The position numbers were made by a program, and so were the translations under genes. Source: Octopus vulgaris (lineage: Eukaryota). Taken from it: a stretch of DNA of 64,000 nt. Position 1 is the stretch's first letter; every line of letters starts with the position of its first letter. The stretch spans positions 81,220,001 to 81,284,000 of the forward strand of contig OX597818.1 of the NCBI GenBank assembly GCA_951406725.2, given 5' to 3'. Below are positions 1 through 12,749 of this stretch, in pieces. The notes beneath the pieces were generated by a model, which made no database searches, was not told the DNA's origin, and saw nothing but the letters and a program-made list of their open reading frames with translations.

Positions 1-163
1 ATATCCAAAATAGGTTATTCAACGGTTAACATATAAATCAATAATAATTCTCATAAGATAAGAATTTTGAAGCAGTAGAAAGATGTGAAGGGCTATTTGA
101 AGTTGTGTATATATATATATAAAGGAATTAAAGGTAATGCTGACGCTACTTCGTAAGAATCCT

Positions 164-182
164 TATTATTATTGATATTATA

Positions 183-269
<87 letters not shown>
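164..269. repeat. (ATT)n microsatellite abutting the 555-bp element
   Basis: Perfect ATT run read directly. Confidence 0.95.
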
Positions 270-824
270 GAGTGAGAGAACAGTGCATGCCATCAAAGTG
301 ACACTGGGGTAAAATATACAAAGCCCAGTATACCCATCATGACTACCTGTCTGATAAGTGTACACTAGGCACATGCATCACAACCATATGTGCGCGACAT
401 GGTGTTCTCATCAAGATAAACAGCACATGACCTTGAAGGTGGGGCCCAGTTAGAATTTTCTTCTGGTCGAGTAACCCATCCCACTCAAACGGTCCCTGAA
501 TAAGGGTTGTTTAAGGATGTTGAACAAAACACCCATGTTTTCAGTGGTTAATTATTCAAACCCCAAAGAATCCCTCTCAACACATGGCTATGATGCACCC
601 CAACTACTTCTGCACGTGATCAGAGATACACATATCGTCAGCCACTAAGGGACATGCTCAACTGGTTACGGTCAAACAACTGACAATCAAATCTGTGGTA
701 TTGAGCAGAATATTTGCTGTAGCCTATCTTTTATACCAAGACAAACCAATGTACATGTTAACACTTCCAATCAGTTAAGATCAGAAGCCATGAGAGCCAC
801 TGCCTGGTACTGCATCAGGGCATT
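270..824 (-). mobile_element. ~555-bp non-coding interspersed element (family M555), full length, between ATT tracts
   Basis: Aligns end to end with the reverse complement of 2631-3181 and directly with 44221-44766. No ORF and no TIR. Strand assigned so that the 3' flank reads (AAT)n. Confidence 0.85.
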
Positions 825-836
825 TATTACTTTTAA

Positions 837-911
<75 letters not shown>

Positions 912-1018
912 TATTATTATTAAATATATATGTATATAATAATAAATAGATAGATGCATAGTTGACTAGTTGGCTGGCTGCCTGGCTGGATATAACAGAC
1001 ATAAAATATGCAGGAATG

Positions 1019-1258
<240 letters not shown>

Positions 1259-1329
1259 TCCCAACTGTACTCTGAGTATTCAAATTAAACAGAAATCCCT
1301 ATTCTCTAGCCACTCGCCGTATTTTATTC

Positions 1330-1530
1330 TTTTTCTGTCAGTTTTCTCCTTTCACACTAATTTACTTTCTTCTATAATTTCCACCTCATGCAGCGCCTGC
1401 ATCCGAAACGTTAAGTCTTTCCCGTCTCTGCTTAAGCATTAAACTATTAAAGTATCTGGGGAAAATTATTCCTCCTATACTGTCTTGTTTTTCTTCGCGT
1501 CTTTAACTTCATAATCAAATTGTATACTAT
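1330..1530 (+). mobile_element. Degenerate Penelope-type terminal fragment (family P1) with decayed hammerhead
   Basis: CTCATGCAG...CCGAAACGTTAAG followed by a pyrimidine-rich tail similar to the reverse complement of 28571-28700. Confidence 0.45.
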
Positions 1531-1766
1531 CTCAATACATGTAGAAGTGTTATCATCTTGTTTTACTCCAATTATCTGCAACGAATCGGAAACGTGAAAC
1601 TCAGAGTTGTCATTTGTGAAATTTCAACTTCAAATAAATAATTTTAAATTACTTTACTTTGCTGTACAGAGTTCCTTTTTTTCTTTGAACTGTTTACTTT
1701 GATGTGTGCGTGTCTATGTCTTTACATACATACATACAAACACATAGGTGCGTAGACCCATACATG

Positions 1767-1800
<34 letters not shown>

Positions 1801-2516
1801 TAAATATAAATATATATATATATATGTGTGTATATATATGTATACGTATATTTATATGTATGCATGTGAGTATATATACATATACATACATGCACACACA
1901 TACATACACACATATATATAAATATGAATATATATATGCATATAGATGTATGTATATATGTATATATGTGTATATATATGTATATATATGTATGTATGTG
2001 TATATATATATACACGCATGTATATGTATGTAAGTATGCAATTGTATGTGCGTGTGTATTTGTTAGAGAAGTTGTTACTGTCATTTTAAAGAATCAAGGT
2101 AATGTTATTGTGTTAATGATAACGTAGTTATCACTGGATCAAACTTTTTTACCTTTAAAATCAGATTTGCTTCAGCAATCAAGAACAGGTATTAGTTTTT
2201 TTTTAGTCTTTTGCTACAAGGGTGTTAATATTAGTGAGTGCATGCAATCGTGCATTTGACGTGGAAGTGTTGACATAGAATTTCATTAGAAAAAGAGAAA
2301 ACTTGTGAACATCTATTAACCAATTTAAAGTTGCGCCATGTATTATGCTGTGTCGTGTTTGGTTAATACTGTAAAGGAATATATATCACAGTTGTCTTTG
2401 TGGAGACGAAAAGATAAAATGAGAAAATTGACTATAACAACAACAACAACAACAATAACGATGATGATAATAATAATAATAATAATAATCATAATAATAA
2501 TAATAATAATAATAAT

Positions 2517-2620
<104 letters not shown>

Positions 2621-2630
2621 GGGCCCCCAT

Positions 2631-3181
2631 ATGCCCTGATGCAGTACCAGGCAGTGGCTCTCAAGGCTTCTGATCTGATTGGAAGTGTTATCATGTACAT
2701 TGTTTTGACTTGGTGTAAAAGATGGGCTACAGCAAATATTCTGCTCAATACCACAGATCTGCTTGTCAGTTGTTTGACCTTAACCAGTTGACCATGTCCC
2801 TTAGTGGCTGACAATATGTACATCTCTGATCACGAGCAGAAGTGGTGGGAGAGCATCATAGCCATGTGTTGAGAGGGATTCTTTGTGGTTTGAATAATTC
2901 ACCTCTGGAAACATGGGTGTTTCGTTCAACATCCTTAAACAATCCTTATTCAGGAACCTTTTGAGCGGGGTGGGCTACTCGACCAGAAGAAAATTCTAAC
3001 TGGCCCCCACCTGCAAGGTAGTGCACTGTTTATCTTGAGATGAGATCACCATGTCGTGCACATATGGTTGTGATGCATGTGCCTGTTCTACCCTTATTAG
3101 ACGGGTAGTCATGATGGGAATACTGGGCTTCGTATATTTTACCCCAGTGTCACTTTGATGGCATGCACTGCTCTCTCACTC
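2631..3181 (+). mobile_element. M555 element, full length, flanked by (AAT)n on both sides
   Basis: ATGCCCTGATGCAGTACCAGG...GCACTGCTCTCTCACTC then (AAT)n. Inverted copy of 270-824. Confidence 0.85.
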
Positions 3182-3246
<65 letters not shown>

Positions 3247-3278
3247 TAATAATAATGATAATAATAATGATAGCAATC

Positions 3279-3457
3279 ATTTCTACTGGTAGCACAAGGT
3301 CTCAAATTTGGGGGAAGGGTTTAAGTCGATTACATCGACCCCAGTGCGCAACTGGTACTTATTTAACGCACCCCGAAATGATGAATGTCAAAGTCAACCT
3401 CTGCAGAATTTGAATACAGAACTGAAAAACAGACAAAATGCCACAAATCATTTTGCG
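3279..3457 (-). mobile_element. tRNA-derived SINE family A, partial
   Basis: GCACAAGG tail, GTCGATTACATCGACCCCAGTG and AATTTGAA B-box remnant, all shared with full copies. Confidence 0.75.
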
Positions 3458-3506
3458 ATTCAACCAGCTTGTGCCTTAACAACAACAACAACATCAATAA
3501 TAATAC

Positions 3507-3630
3507 TTTCTACTATAGGCACAAGGCCTTAAATTTGCGGGGAGGGGACTAGTCGACTTCATCTATCTCAGTGTTTCACTGGTACTTAATTTATTGACGC
3601 CTAAGGGATGAGAGGCAAAGTCAACGTCGA
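3507..3630 (-). mobile_element. SINE family A, 3' half
   Basis: Same tail and central domain as 4123-4335. Confidence 0.75.
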
Positions 3631-3864
3631 TGAAAAGGTAGCAGTAGTACCAATAATTGTCGGAGCCCTGGGAACAGTGAGCAAAAGTGCGTGGAACACA
3701 TATGGGCTGCAATAAGGGTGGACCTCTTGGAGAAAACAACACTGCTTGGAACAGCTCGAAAACTCCGGAAGATGCTCGAAAAATAAGAGGTGTTACCTTA
3801 GTTCACTGGAAGTGAACAGGTGACACCGTAGTACATCTCCAGCGTTAGAAGCTGTGCAAAGGCA
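3628..3864 (+). mobile_element. 3' terminus of R4/Dong-type LINE (lineage 2) with (AAT)n tail
   Basis: Encodes KVAVVPIIVGALGTVSK...TTLLGTARKLRKMLEK*. The 3' UTR matches the reverse complement of 13191-13270 and is followed by ~250 bp of (AAT)n. Confidence 0.85.
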
Positions 3865-3881
3865 ATAATCATGATAATAAA

Positions 3882-3950
<69 letters not shown>

Positions 3951-3960
3951 AATAACGATG

Positions 3961-4000
<40 letters not shown>

Positions 4001-4026
4001 TAATATTAATAATAATAATAATGATG

Positions 4027-4111
<85 letters not shown>

Positions 4112-4122
4112 TAATAATAATA

Positions 4123-4335
4123 ATTTCTACTGGAGGCACAGGGCCTCAAATTTGAAGAAAGGGGACTAGTCTATTATATCGATCCCAGTGTTTCACTAGT
4201 ACTTAATTTATTGACCCCGAAAGGATTAAAGGCAAAGTCGACCACGGCGGAATTTGAACTCAGCACGTAGCGGTAGACGAAATACTACTGAGCATTTCGC
4301 CCGGTATGCGTACGACTCTGCCAGCTCACCGCCTT
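4123..4335 (-). mobile_element. SINE family A, full length (tail type 1)
   Basis: Head GGCGGTGAGCTGGCAGA (A box), GAGTTCAAATTCC (B box), central CCTTTCGGGGTCAATAAATTAAGTAC. Confidence 0.85.
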
Positions 4336-4588
4336 CACACAACAACAACAACAATGTGGTTTAGCAAACTTTAAATTCTTTGAAAAATGTCATGCGTTAT
4401 TCGACATGACAAGGTTAACTGATTTTCACCCTCCAGGATCGATAGAATGAAGTACCTGCCATATACCGGGATATATGGTATGGACTAATTCCATCCTTGA
4501 GTTTCATGAATTTGTGCTTGTAACAGACATAATTTCATATACATTCCCCACACATATACATACATACATACATACATACATACATACA

Positions 4589-4619
<31 letters not shown>

Positions 4620-4834
4620 GAAAATACCTTGTTATTGATGCTGAAATCCCATTGAAGGAGCATTGGATATAGGTTAGGAACCTTCTTTCTCTATTGGGAA
4701 GAAATCTTGAAATAAACTGAATAATGACATACATACACACACGCACGCACGCACGCACACATGTACGCACATACACATACATACACCTATATATATATAT
4801 AAATGTGTAATCATATATATATATATACACATTT

Positions 4835-5154
4835 AGGCACGTGGCTTAGTGGTTAGGAGTATTCAGCTCACCATCGTAAGGTCGCGAGTTCGATTTTCGG
4901 CGATGTGTTGTGTCCCTAATCAAGATATTTTATTTCATGTTGCTGCTGACCACTCAGCTGGCAAAAATGAGTAGTACCCGTATTTTAAAGGGCCAGCCTT
5001 GTCACATCTTGTTTCACGTCGAATCTCCCTGAGAACAACGTTAATGGTACGCGGTCTGTGGTGTGTTCAGCAACTTTCACGTAAATTCCACGAGCAGGTT
5101 GTAAAGTTGATCGAATCAATTGGAACTCTTGTCGTCGTGACCGACGGAGTGCCA
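4835..5154 (+). mobile_element. tRNA-derived SINE family C, full length
   Basis: TGGCTTAGTGG A box and GAGTTCGATT B box. Body matches the reverse complements of 30218-30516 and 60094-60412. Confidence 0.85.
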
Positions 5155-5199
5155 CGATACATACACATATACAAATATGTATAATAAACAGATATGTGA

Positions 5200-5243
<44 letters not shown>

Positions 5244-5281
5244 GTATATTTATATATATATGCATATATATATACACACAT

Positions 5282-5714
5282 ACTCTTTTACTCTTTTACT
5301 CTTCTACTTGTTTCAGTCATTTGACTGTAGCCATACTGGAACACCGCCTTTAGTCGAGCAAATCGACATATTCTTTGTAAGCTTAATACTTATTCTATCG
5401 GTCACTTTTGCCGAACCGCTAAGTCACGGGGGCGTAAATACACCAGCATCGGTTGTCAAGCGATGTTGGGGAAACAAACACAGACACACAAACGTATACA
5501 CACACACACAGACACATACAGACACACACACACATATATATATACATATATACTACGGGCTTCTTTCAGTTTCCGTCTACCATATCCACTCACAAGGCTT
5601 TGGTCGTCTGATGGTATAGTAGAAGACACTTGCCCAAGGTGCCACGCAGTGGGACTGAACCGGAAACCATGTGGTTCGTAAGCAAGCTACTTACCACACT
5701 GCCACTCCTACGCC
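5282..5714 (-). mobile_element. tRNA-derived CORE-like SINE family B with internal microsatellite, full length
   Basis: TGGCAGTGTGG A box, GGTTCAGTCCC B box, CORE-like ACCTTGGGCAAGT, internal (TA)(TG) tract and (GTAAAAGA)n tail. Confidence 0.85.
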
Positions 5715-5731
5715 TATACACAATACACAAT

Positions 5732-5798
<67 letters not shown>

Positions 5799-6728
5799 TG
5801 CACATATATATATATATATTTGAACGCATAGTGAGAGAGCGCGAGTGAAAGAGAGAGAGAGAAGGAGTAAGTGAGAGTGGCAATCCGATTGCATGAGATA
5901 GGTAAGCAAGAGCTTGTTTGTCAATTAAGCAGTTTCTGTCTCTAGGATAGCGTGATTTCATGTGGCTAATTACAATTCTTTTTGCCGTTCGTTCTAGTAT
6001 TGTTGTCGTTTAAGAAAAGAGAGTGAAAGACACAAATCTGAAGTTAAATAATGTAAATTATTCATTTATTGAAAATATATTGTTTAGGAAGCTACTCATA
6101 TATTCATGGCCGTTTTGTGTTAGTTGCTGCTCATGATGCCGCTTTTAGCTCTCATTGTCTTAGCTAGTTGTGGTTAGGAGAGAGAATTTTGGTTTTCACG
6201 GCTTGCTCCTGGTAATGAAAGAAAGAAAGTTCCTTTGCTGACACATAAACTCTGTCTGTTGTTCCCCTAGGACGGACAAGTTCTATAATATTTTGCTTTT
6301 GTTCTTATAGACATCTTGCGCAGAAAGCTTTTAGATGGCCTTTGATTCCTGATATGTAACAGCTAAGTCGCCTACATTATTATTGCTGTAGCCAATGATA
6401 ACCTTTATATTCATGAAGACAATATGACTGCGTGGAAGAAATATATTAGCCATTCAAAAACACAAAACTTTGTTAACATTACTCAATCATTGTTATGTTG
6501 TGGGTTTGAATATCTCATCATCGTCACCAATAATGTTATGACGACTTTGGGGTTTGCAGAAGGGTGTAGAATAGTATTACCCAAATAAATATTTGGATAT
6601 GGTTAACTTGAATAACCTATGTTTACATAGAACCTGCTCTGTACTACACCAGACGTAGATATGATATTAAACTAATACATAAATCTGATACGAACGAACA
6701 ACGCTGTCAACTGCTCGCTGTCAACTAA

Positions 6729-8487
6729 TTTCTTTTATTTGGCACACATGCCATGACACAGAGGGAACAGCGCAAGGACAGACAGAACACACAGTGGGGA
6801 CAAAAACATAAAACGAATGCATGAGGGATGAATGAATAATAATGAGGATGAAATGGCTGCATTGAGCCCCACCCTCATACAGTAGCATTTTAATGTTTTG
6901 ATGTAAAGTATTCTAAATCAATTTTTCTTTCTCTTTTTTTCTCCTATTTTGTTTTAGCATCCTGTGTACAGCCTTTAGAATTTTAATATTTACTTACGGT
7001 TTACCATTTCATATATGGTAATAAGTCTTGATAGCCTATGACTGGCGTTAAGTCGTCGAATTCTACTCTTGCACCCATTGGGTCCATCCTGTTTCCGAAC
7101 CATTCCTTCAACTTGTTGCATCTTTCCCTATCTATCACTATTGCCTTCGTACTCTCCGGGTAATGCTCCACTGGTAGTTTCACTCTTGTCACCGATCTGG
7201 ATTTCGTGATTTTTTCTTTCGATCTCAGTGCTTTTTGAATATGTCACCATATGCTACTTGTTTTTTGCCTGTTCTTGGGTTGCTTGTTCCAGCAATGGAA
7301 CTTGGTTTTCTCTGATGGTTTCCTTTGTTGTTGCTGCTATTGGAATCTCAAGCAGTGTAGAATCTGCACCTTCCGTTCCACGCTCCTTCCTTTTCTTTAA
7401 AGGACTCTTCGGCGGTGAGCTTACACCTTCCACATTTTTCCTCGTTACTACTGTAAATGCCTCCTCTGCTTCCTCCGAGCATTTGTCTTTCATGGGGGTC
7501 GCCACTTCGACTCTCTGCTCTTGTTCGGCATTCTTCTCTTCTGTTCTTCCTCACTTTTGTTGTCTATCTGGGAGCACCTTGCTCCCTTGTGTCCTTTCTC
7601 TTCACATTGATAACATGCTGGTGGTCTTCCCTCCACCACCACTCTCAATCCTGTGTCGTCCGGTAAAATTACTTCTTCCGTTATTTCATGTAAATATTTC
7701 AGTCCGACTTGAATGGCCATTTCAAGGCCATATTCCCAGCAGTTCACTTTTTTTAGTTCTCATCACCTTTAAAATATTGGCGTCTTCTTCCTTTTTATGC
7801 ATCACGGCTGTCACCAGCCATCTTCTTTTATCTCCGGAGGTGCACAGCCTATTCTCACTGTAGCAACTCTCTTGCCACAGTAAGTCGGCAAGAATACTCA
7901 TTTTGAGCGACACAGTGGTGTGATTTATCGCTTCCTGTTCGTTAGCGAAGCTCACCTCCACTGTACCGTATTTTCTTCCTCTTGTGTAAAACGTTGTTAA
8001 GTTCTTGATTGCTTTGAGACATTCTTCAATTACTTCCAGTGTGGCAATTTCAATTTTCTTAGAAGTTGTCGTGAACGTTCTGTAAACTACTGTTCTCTTT
8101 TCTATGCTGGTTGTTAATTCCTCTGGTGGGGTCAGCCTTAAACTGGTTCCTTCCTCTGAAATTAGCCTGTTATATTCTTTTAATTTCTCCTGTTCGATTT
8201 TCACTTCACGAACCTCTAGCGCATCTGCTGCCACACCCCGTCCAGTTGCTGACGCATAACTGTCGGCAATTCCCAATCCATTCTTTTTTTCCACTTCACC
8301 CCAAAATGGGGAAGAAGAGCACGAAAATCACTAGCCCGTAGGCAAAAACAGTAACAATATTTAAGAATTCAATTTACAATATAGGTTCACCCTTACAGGA
8401 GACCTTCAACAGTAACAATGCACAATACGACTTACGTCTAACCGAGATCAAAATGACTCAAGACCAACAATAAAAACGCTGTTAACT
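6729..8487 (-). mobile_element. ORF1-only non-LTR element, unit 1 (L1/Tx1-like, non-autonomous)
   Basis: 5' UTR, one frameshifted ORF, ~270-bp 3' UTR and AATAAAAGAAAA end. Colinear with unit 2. No RT or endonuclease. Confidence 0.75.
7001..8294 (-). pseudogene. Frameshifted ORF1/gag-like protein: RRM-like region, CCHC zinc knuckle, conserved C-terminal domain
   Basis: Four ORF-track pieces join: GTVEVSFANEQEA...; VVVEGRPPACYQCEEKGHKGARC (CX2CX4HX4C); ...EWFGNRMDP...LPYMKW*. Confidence 0.75.
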
Positions 8488-10287
8488 TTTTCTTTATTAA
8501 ACCACTCAGGCTTATACACAGTCAAGGACAGTCAGAACACCACAGTAGGTACAAAAAACACAGAACGGACGAATGAAAGATGAACAATAATAAATGAAGA
8601 TGAAATGGCTGAATGCTCCCCACTCGCAAGTAGTATCATTTAAATGTTTTAGTCTAACGTTTTTATATCATTTTCCCTTATTTCTCTTTTCTTCTTCTTT
8701 TTGCATCAGTGCTATAGTCCTAGAAAACATTTACATACATTTTTTACCATTTTATGTAAGGCAGTATGTCCTTATAATCTATTACTGGCAGCAAGTCATC
8801 GAACTCCACGCGCTCTACCGCTGGGTCCATCCTATTTCCGAACCATTCTCTCAGTCTTGCACATCTCTCCCAGTCAACCACGATTGCCCTGGCACTCGCT
8901 GGATGATATTCCGTTGCTAGCTCCACTCCTACTACCGACCTCATTTCCACCATATTCCTCTCAATCTCCATGCTCCTCGCATATGTCACCATATGCCATC
9001 CACTTTTCAGTTCCTCTCTATTCACTTGTTCTTGCAGTCCCACCTGACTCCCCGCCTTGGCCTTACTCGCTGATGCTGCTGGAGTCTCATGTCGTGCCTC
9101 CTCCTGCTTACCTTCCCTCCCCTTCCTCAACGGATCCCCGGCGGTGAGTCCACGTCTTCCTTCCCTTTTCCCTCCTATCCACCACCGTATATTCCCCCGG
9201 CACCCCCAGACACCTCTCACTTACTGGGGTCGTCACTTCGGCATTCCGCTCCCGCTCGTCGCTCTGCTGCTGCTGTTTCTTCTCACCTCATCGTCATTCC
9301 GGGTCACCTTGCTCTCATGTGTCCTCCACTCCACACTGGTAACAGGTTGGCGATCCTTCCTCCTCCACCACCACCACCACCACCACCACCACCACCACCA
9401 CCACCACCACCACCACCACCACCACAACCACCACCAACACCCTCAATCTCATGTCCTCCAGCAGCATCACCTCCTCCGCCATCCCATGCAAGTACTGTAA
9501 ACTGACCTGGATGGCCACTTCGAGGCCGCACCCCAACAGTTTACCTCTTTTGTCCTCGTTACTTTCAACACTTTTACGTCCTCCTCCACATTATACATAA
9601 TGGCTGCAACCAGCCACGCCTCCTTATCTCCGGAGGCACTCTTCCAATCCCCATCCCGGCCATTCGCTTGTCACAGTAAGTCGGCAGAAGCTCCCCCTCT
9701 GGTGTCCTTAGCGCCGCAGTGCAGTGGTTTATCGCTTCTTGTTCATTAGTGAACCCCACCTCCACTGTGTCGCATCTTCTCCCTGTGGTACAGAATGTCG
9801 GGAGACTCCTCACCTCCTTCAAACACTCCTCCATGGCTTCCACTGTGGCCACTTCAATTCTCCCCGTTGACGTGGACAGCGTTCCATACACCACTGTCCG
9901 CCTCGCTACACTTACTGTAAAATCTTGCGGATGGGTCAACTTCAAACTGGTTTCCTCCTTCTCAACCAGTCCGTTGAACTCCTTCAACTTCCCCCGCTCC
10001 ATCTTCACCTCTCGAAACTGCAACACATCTGAAGTTAAACTTATTCCAGTGGCTGAAGCACAGCTGCCGGCCGGAACCGGTTCTTACTCCATTCTTCCTT
10101 CTTATCCCACTTCACCCATAAATGGGGAAGAAAACTCACACAAAATCACAGCAAAAAACAGCAACCAACAAGTCAACAATTCAACAATGAGGTTCAACAA
10201 TTAGGTTCACCCCTACGGGAGATCTTCAACGAATGATCAACAGGGATCAAAAATGATTAAATCGAACAGAGAAAAACGGTGTGAACT
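8488..10287 (-). mobile_element. ORF1-only non-LTR element, unit 2 (diverged paralog, head-to-tail with unit 1)
   Basis: Same architecture. Shared UTR motif GGTTCACCCYTACRGGAGAYCTTCAAC at ~8383 and ~10204. AATAAAGAAAA end. Confidence 0.75.
8744..10095 (-). pseudogene. Frameshifted ORF1/gag-like protein, copy 2
   Basis: DTVEVGFTNEQEAINH; EEGSPTCYQCGVE; EWFGNRMDP...LPYIKW*. A (CCA)n expansion lies at ~9365-9435. Confidence 0.72.
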
Positions 10288-11227
10288 GCCGACAGTTTCT
10301 TATTGAAATGCATCAGCCCAATTTTGGTCATGTGGAGGTGGTCAGGATCCTTCTAAAACAATCAAATATTACTTCAAGTCAAAATTTTCGTCACACTAAC
10401 CACAACCTTGTCACTGACACAGTCCCACTAATATAATAATATAAGGATAAGTCGAAAGTAGTTCATCATGTGTTTAGTGTTAATTTGGAAAGACCGGTCC
10501 CGTAAAGTCCAGACGAAAGAACAGGGTTCATTTTCCTATGTTATATTGGTGCTGCTTTTTTTTTGTTTTAGATTAAGTGGAATTTTCTGTGTGAAGGATG
10601 ATTATTCATATACTGAAATGGTTTGCTAGTGTTATCACACATTGGTTGGCAGCCAGGCTGTCAGAACCGAAACAGTCGAAATTATTCACATGGCAGAAGA
10701 ATTTGTTTGTAATCATGCTTCGTTGCTCCCGACACTATCTATTAGCTTCTATTGTCTTTACTTGTCAATCGCATCTTGTCTTCTGGACTTCTCACCGGCT
10801 ACAGGTTTCAGCTCGCGGCTTACTGAAGACACTATCGCTATATTAGCAATAGTTAATTGTTACAATTCGTTGCCAAGTGCCAAACAAAATGACCTACAAA
10901 ATGACAAAAATGAAATTGATGTCTTAAAATCAATGATCTACTAATGAAATTAAAGCATGAAATTTATCGATAAAGAAAAGCAACTGAATTAAATGAGATA
11001 AATAAAAGCTCAAATATTTTTTTGTTAACGGCTACTTACTACTAAAAGGCTATTTGTTATTAAGTTTACTTGTTAAAGTAGTACTTTTACTACTTTTGTT
11101 AAAGGCTATATACATAAAGGATGATAAATGACAAAACAATCTTCAAGTACTTCTAAGTACTTCATACATACGACTAAAATTATTACTAGTGTTTATTGTT
11201 GATAGAATCGTTATCAATATCATCATC

Positions 11228-11311
<84 letters not shown>

Positions 11312-11313
<2 letters not shown>

Positions 11314-12749
11314 GTTTGACTTTTGCTTTGTATTTGTACAAGTTAGTTCCAAGTCTCATACAGAGACCTCAAGAGACAAGTTATAAGTTCATGTTGGTGG
11401 TATGCCTGGGGTGTCATATATTTGCTATTGCACATAGTATTTGTGCTAGAGAATGTTTACGAAACCATAAGAAAATAAATTTGTTTTAAAATTTGAGATT
11501 ACATAGACAGTGTTTTACGTAGGTCATGGGCAGTTCCCATGAGCACTATCTTTTGAATATCTGCTATTTTCGGTTTCCTGGTATCTGAGCTAGGTAACAA
11601 TCAGCCCCTTTTGCTATCATTCCTAGGGCACCTGTGACAACAGGTATTGTTTTAGTCTTGAGGTACCACATTTTGCCAATTTCTATTTCAGGATCTTTAT
11701 ACTTGCTCAGTTTTTGATTGGTATGTCAAGACTTACCAAATGAAGAGGCATGAATTTTGTCTGAAGTCTTTCAATATAATGTCTGGCCTATTCGCATCTA
11801 TCTTTCTGTTTATTCTAATGGTGGAGTTCTAGAGGAGTGAGATGCGATTATTTTCAAGAACTGGAGGTGGCTTGTGTCCCACCATTTTTTATCATGGGGC
11901 AGGTCCAGGTTTTTGCAAATTACCCAATGAATATATTGTGCTGCTCTATCATGTCTGTTGAGATACTCTGTAGGCGCAAGAATACTGCACGTGGAGACAT
12001 GATCAATGGTTTCATTTTGTTGTTGACACACACGACATGTTGGGCAGCTGCCGTTCTTTAATATGTTGGCCTGGTAGTTTCTTGTAGGTAGGCATTGATT
12101 TTGGGCTGCTATGATAAACCCGCCTGTCTCTGATTGTAAGCCAGAAGCCATTAACCATTGATGGGTAAGTGCTTTGTGAACATCGGCACTATTAGCTCTC
12201 TTTAGGTATTTGCCATTGAGAAGTTTTTCTTGCTATTTATCATTAAGAATACCTAAGGCAGCAGTGTTAGCACGGGTTTTCATACGCTTAGCTTTTTCTG
12301 TGCTTGTTTCTAGTACTAGAAACAAACACACTCTAATTCTGGTATTTGTTGTATTTGGAATTCACTTAGATAATCCTTTGCCTGTTTTGTTACTGAGTAT
12401 GATGTTTTCTTGTTTCCATGCTTTAATACAAGTTTTAACACCCAGTCATCATAATTTTTCAGGTAGGTGTCTAGGCCGATTGTGGCAATTTCATTGTTAA
12501 TTCCAGTTGTAAAAGTCCACGGCCCCCTTTTTTGGCAGAAAATGTCGTTCTATATCTGCTTTAGGGTGGTGCATTCTATGCATTGTCAACAATTTTCCTA
12601 TTTTTCTGTCAAGATTACATGTTTCAGTAATTGATCAATTAATGATATTGAAACTGTAAGTCACGACAGTTATGGCTACAGTATTGATCTTTTCGATCTT
12701 GTTTCTTGCATTCAACTCTGTCTTGAGTATTGCCCTTTCTCTGCGATAA

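Noticed and set aside
4835-4910. tRNA genes at SINE heads
   Set aside because: A/B boxes are present but there is no full cloverleaf, and the heads run into repeat bodies.
7228-7863. 211-aa plus-strand ORF (also 9719-10204)
   Set aside because: Antisense shadow of the ORF1 pseudogene.
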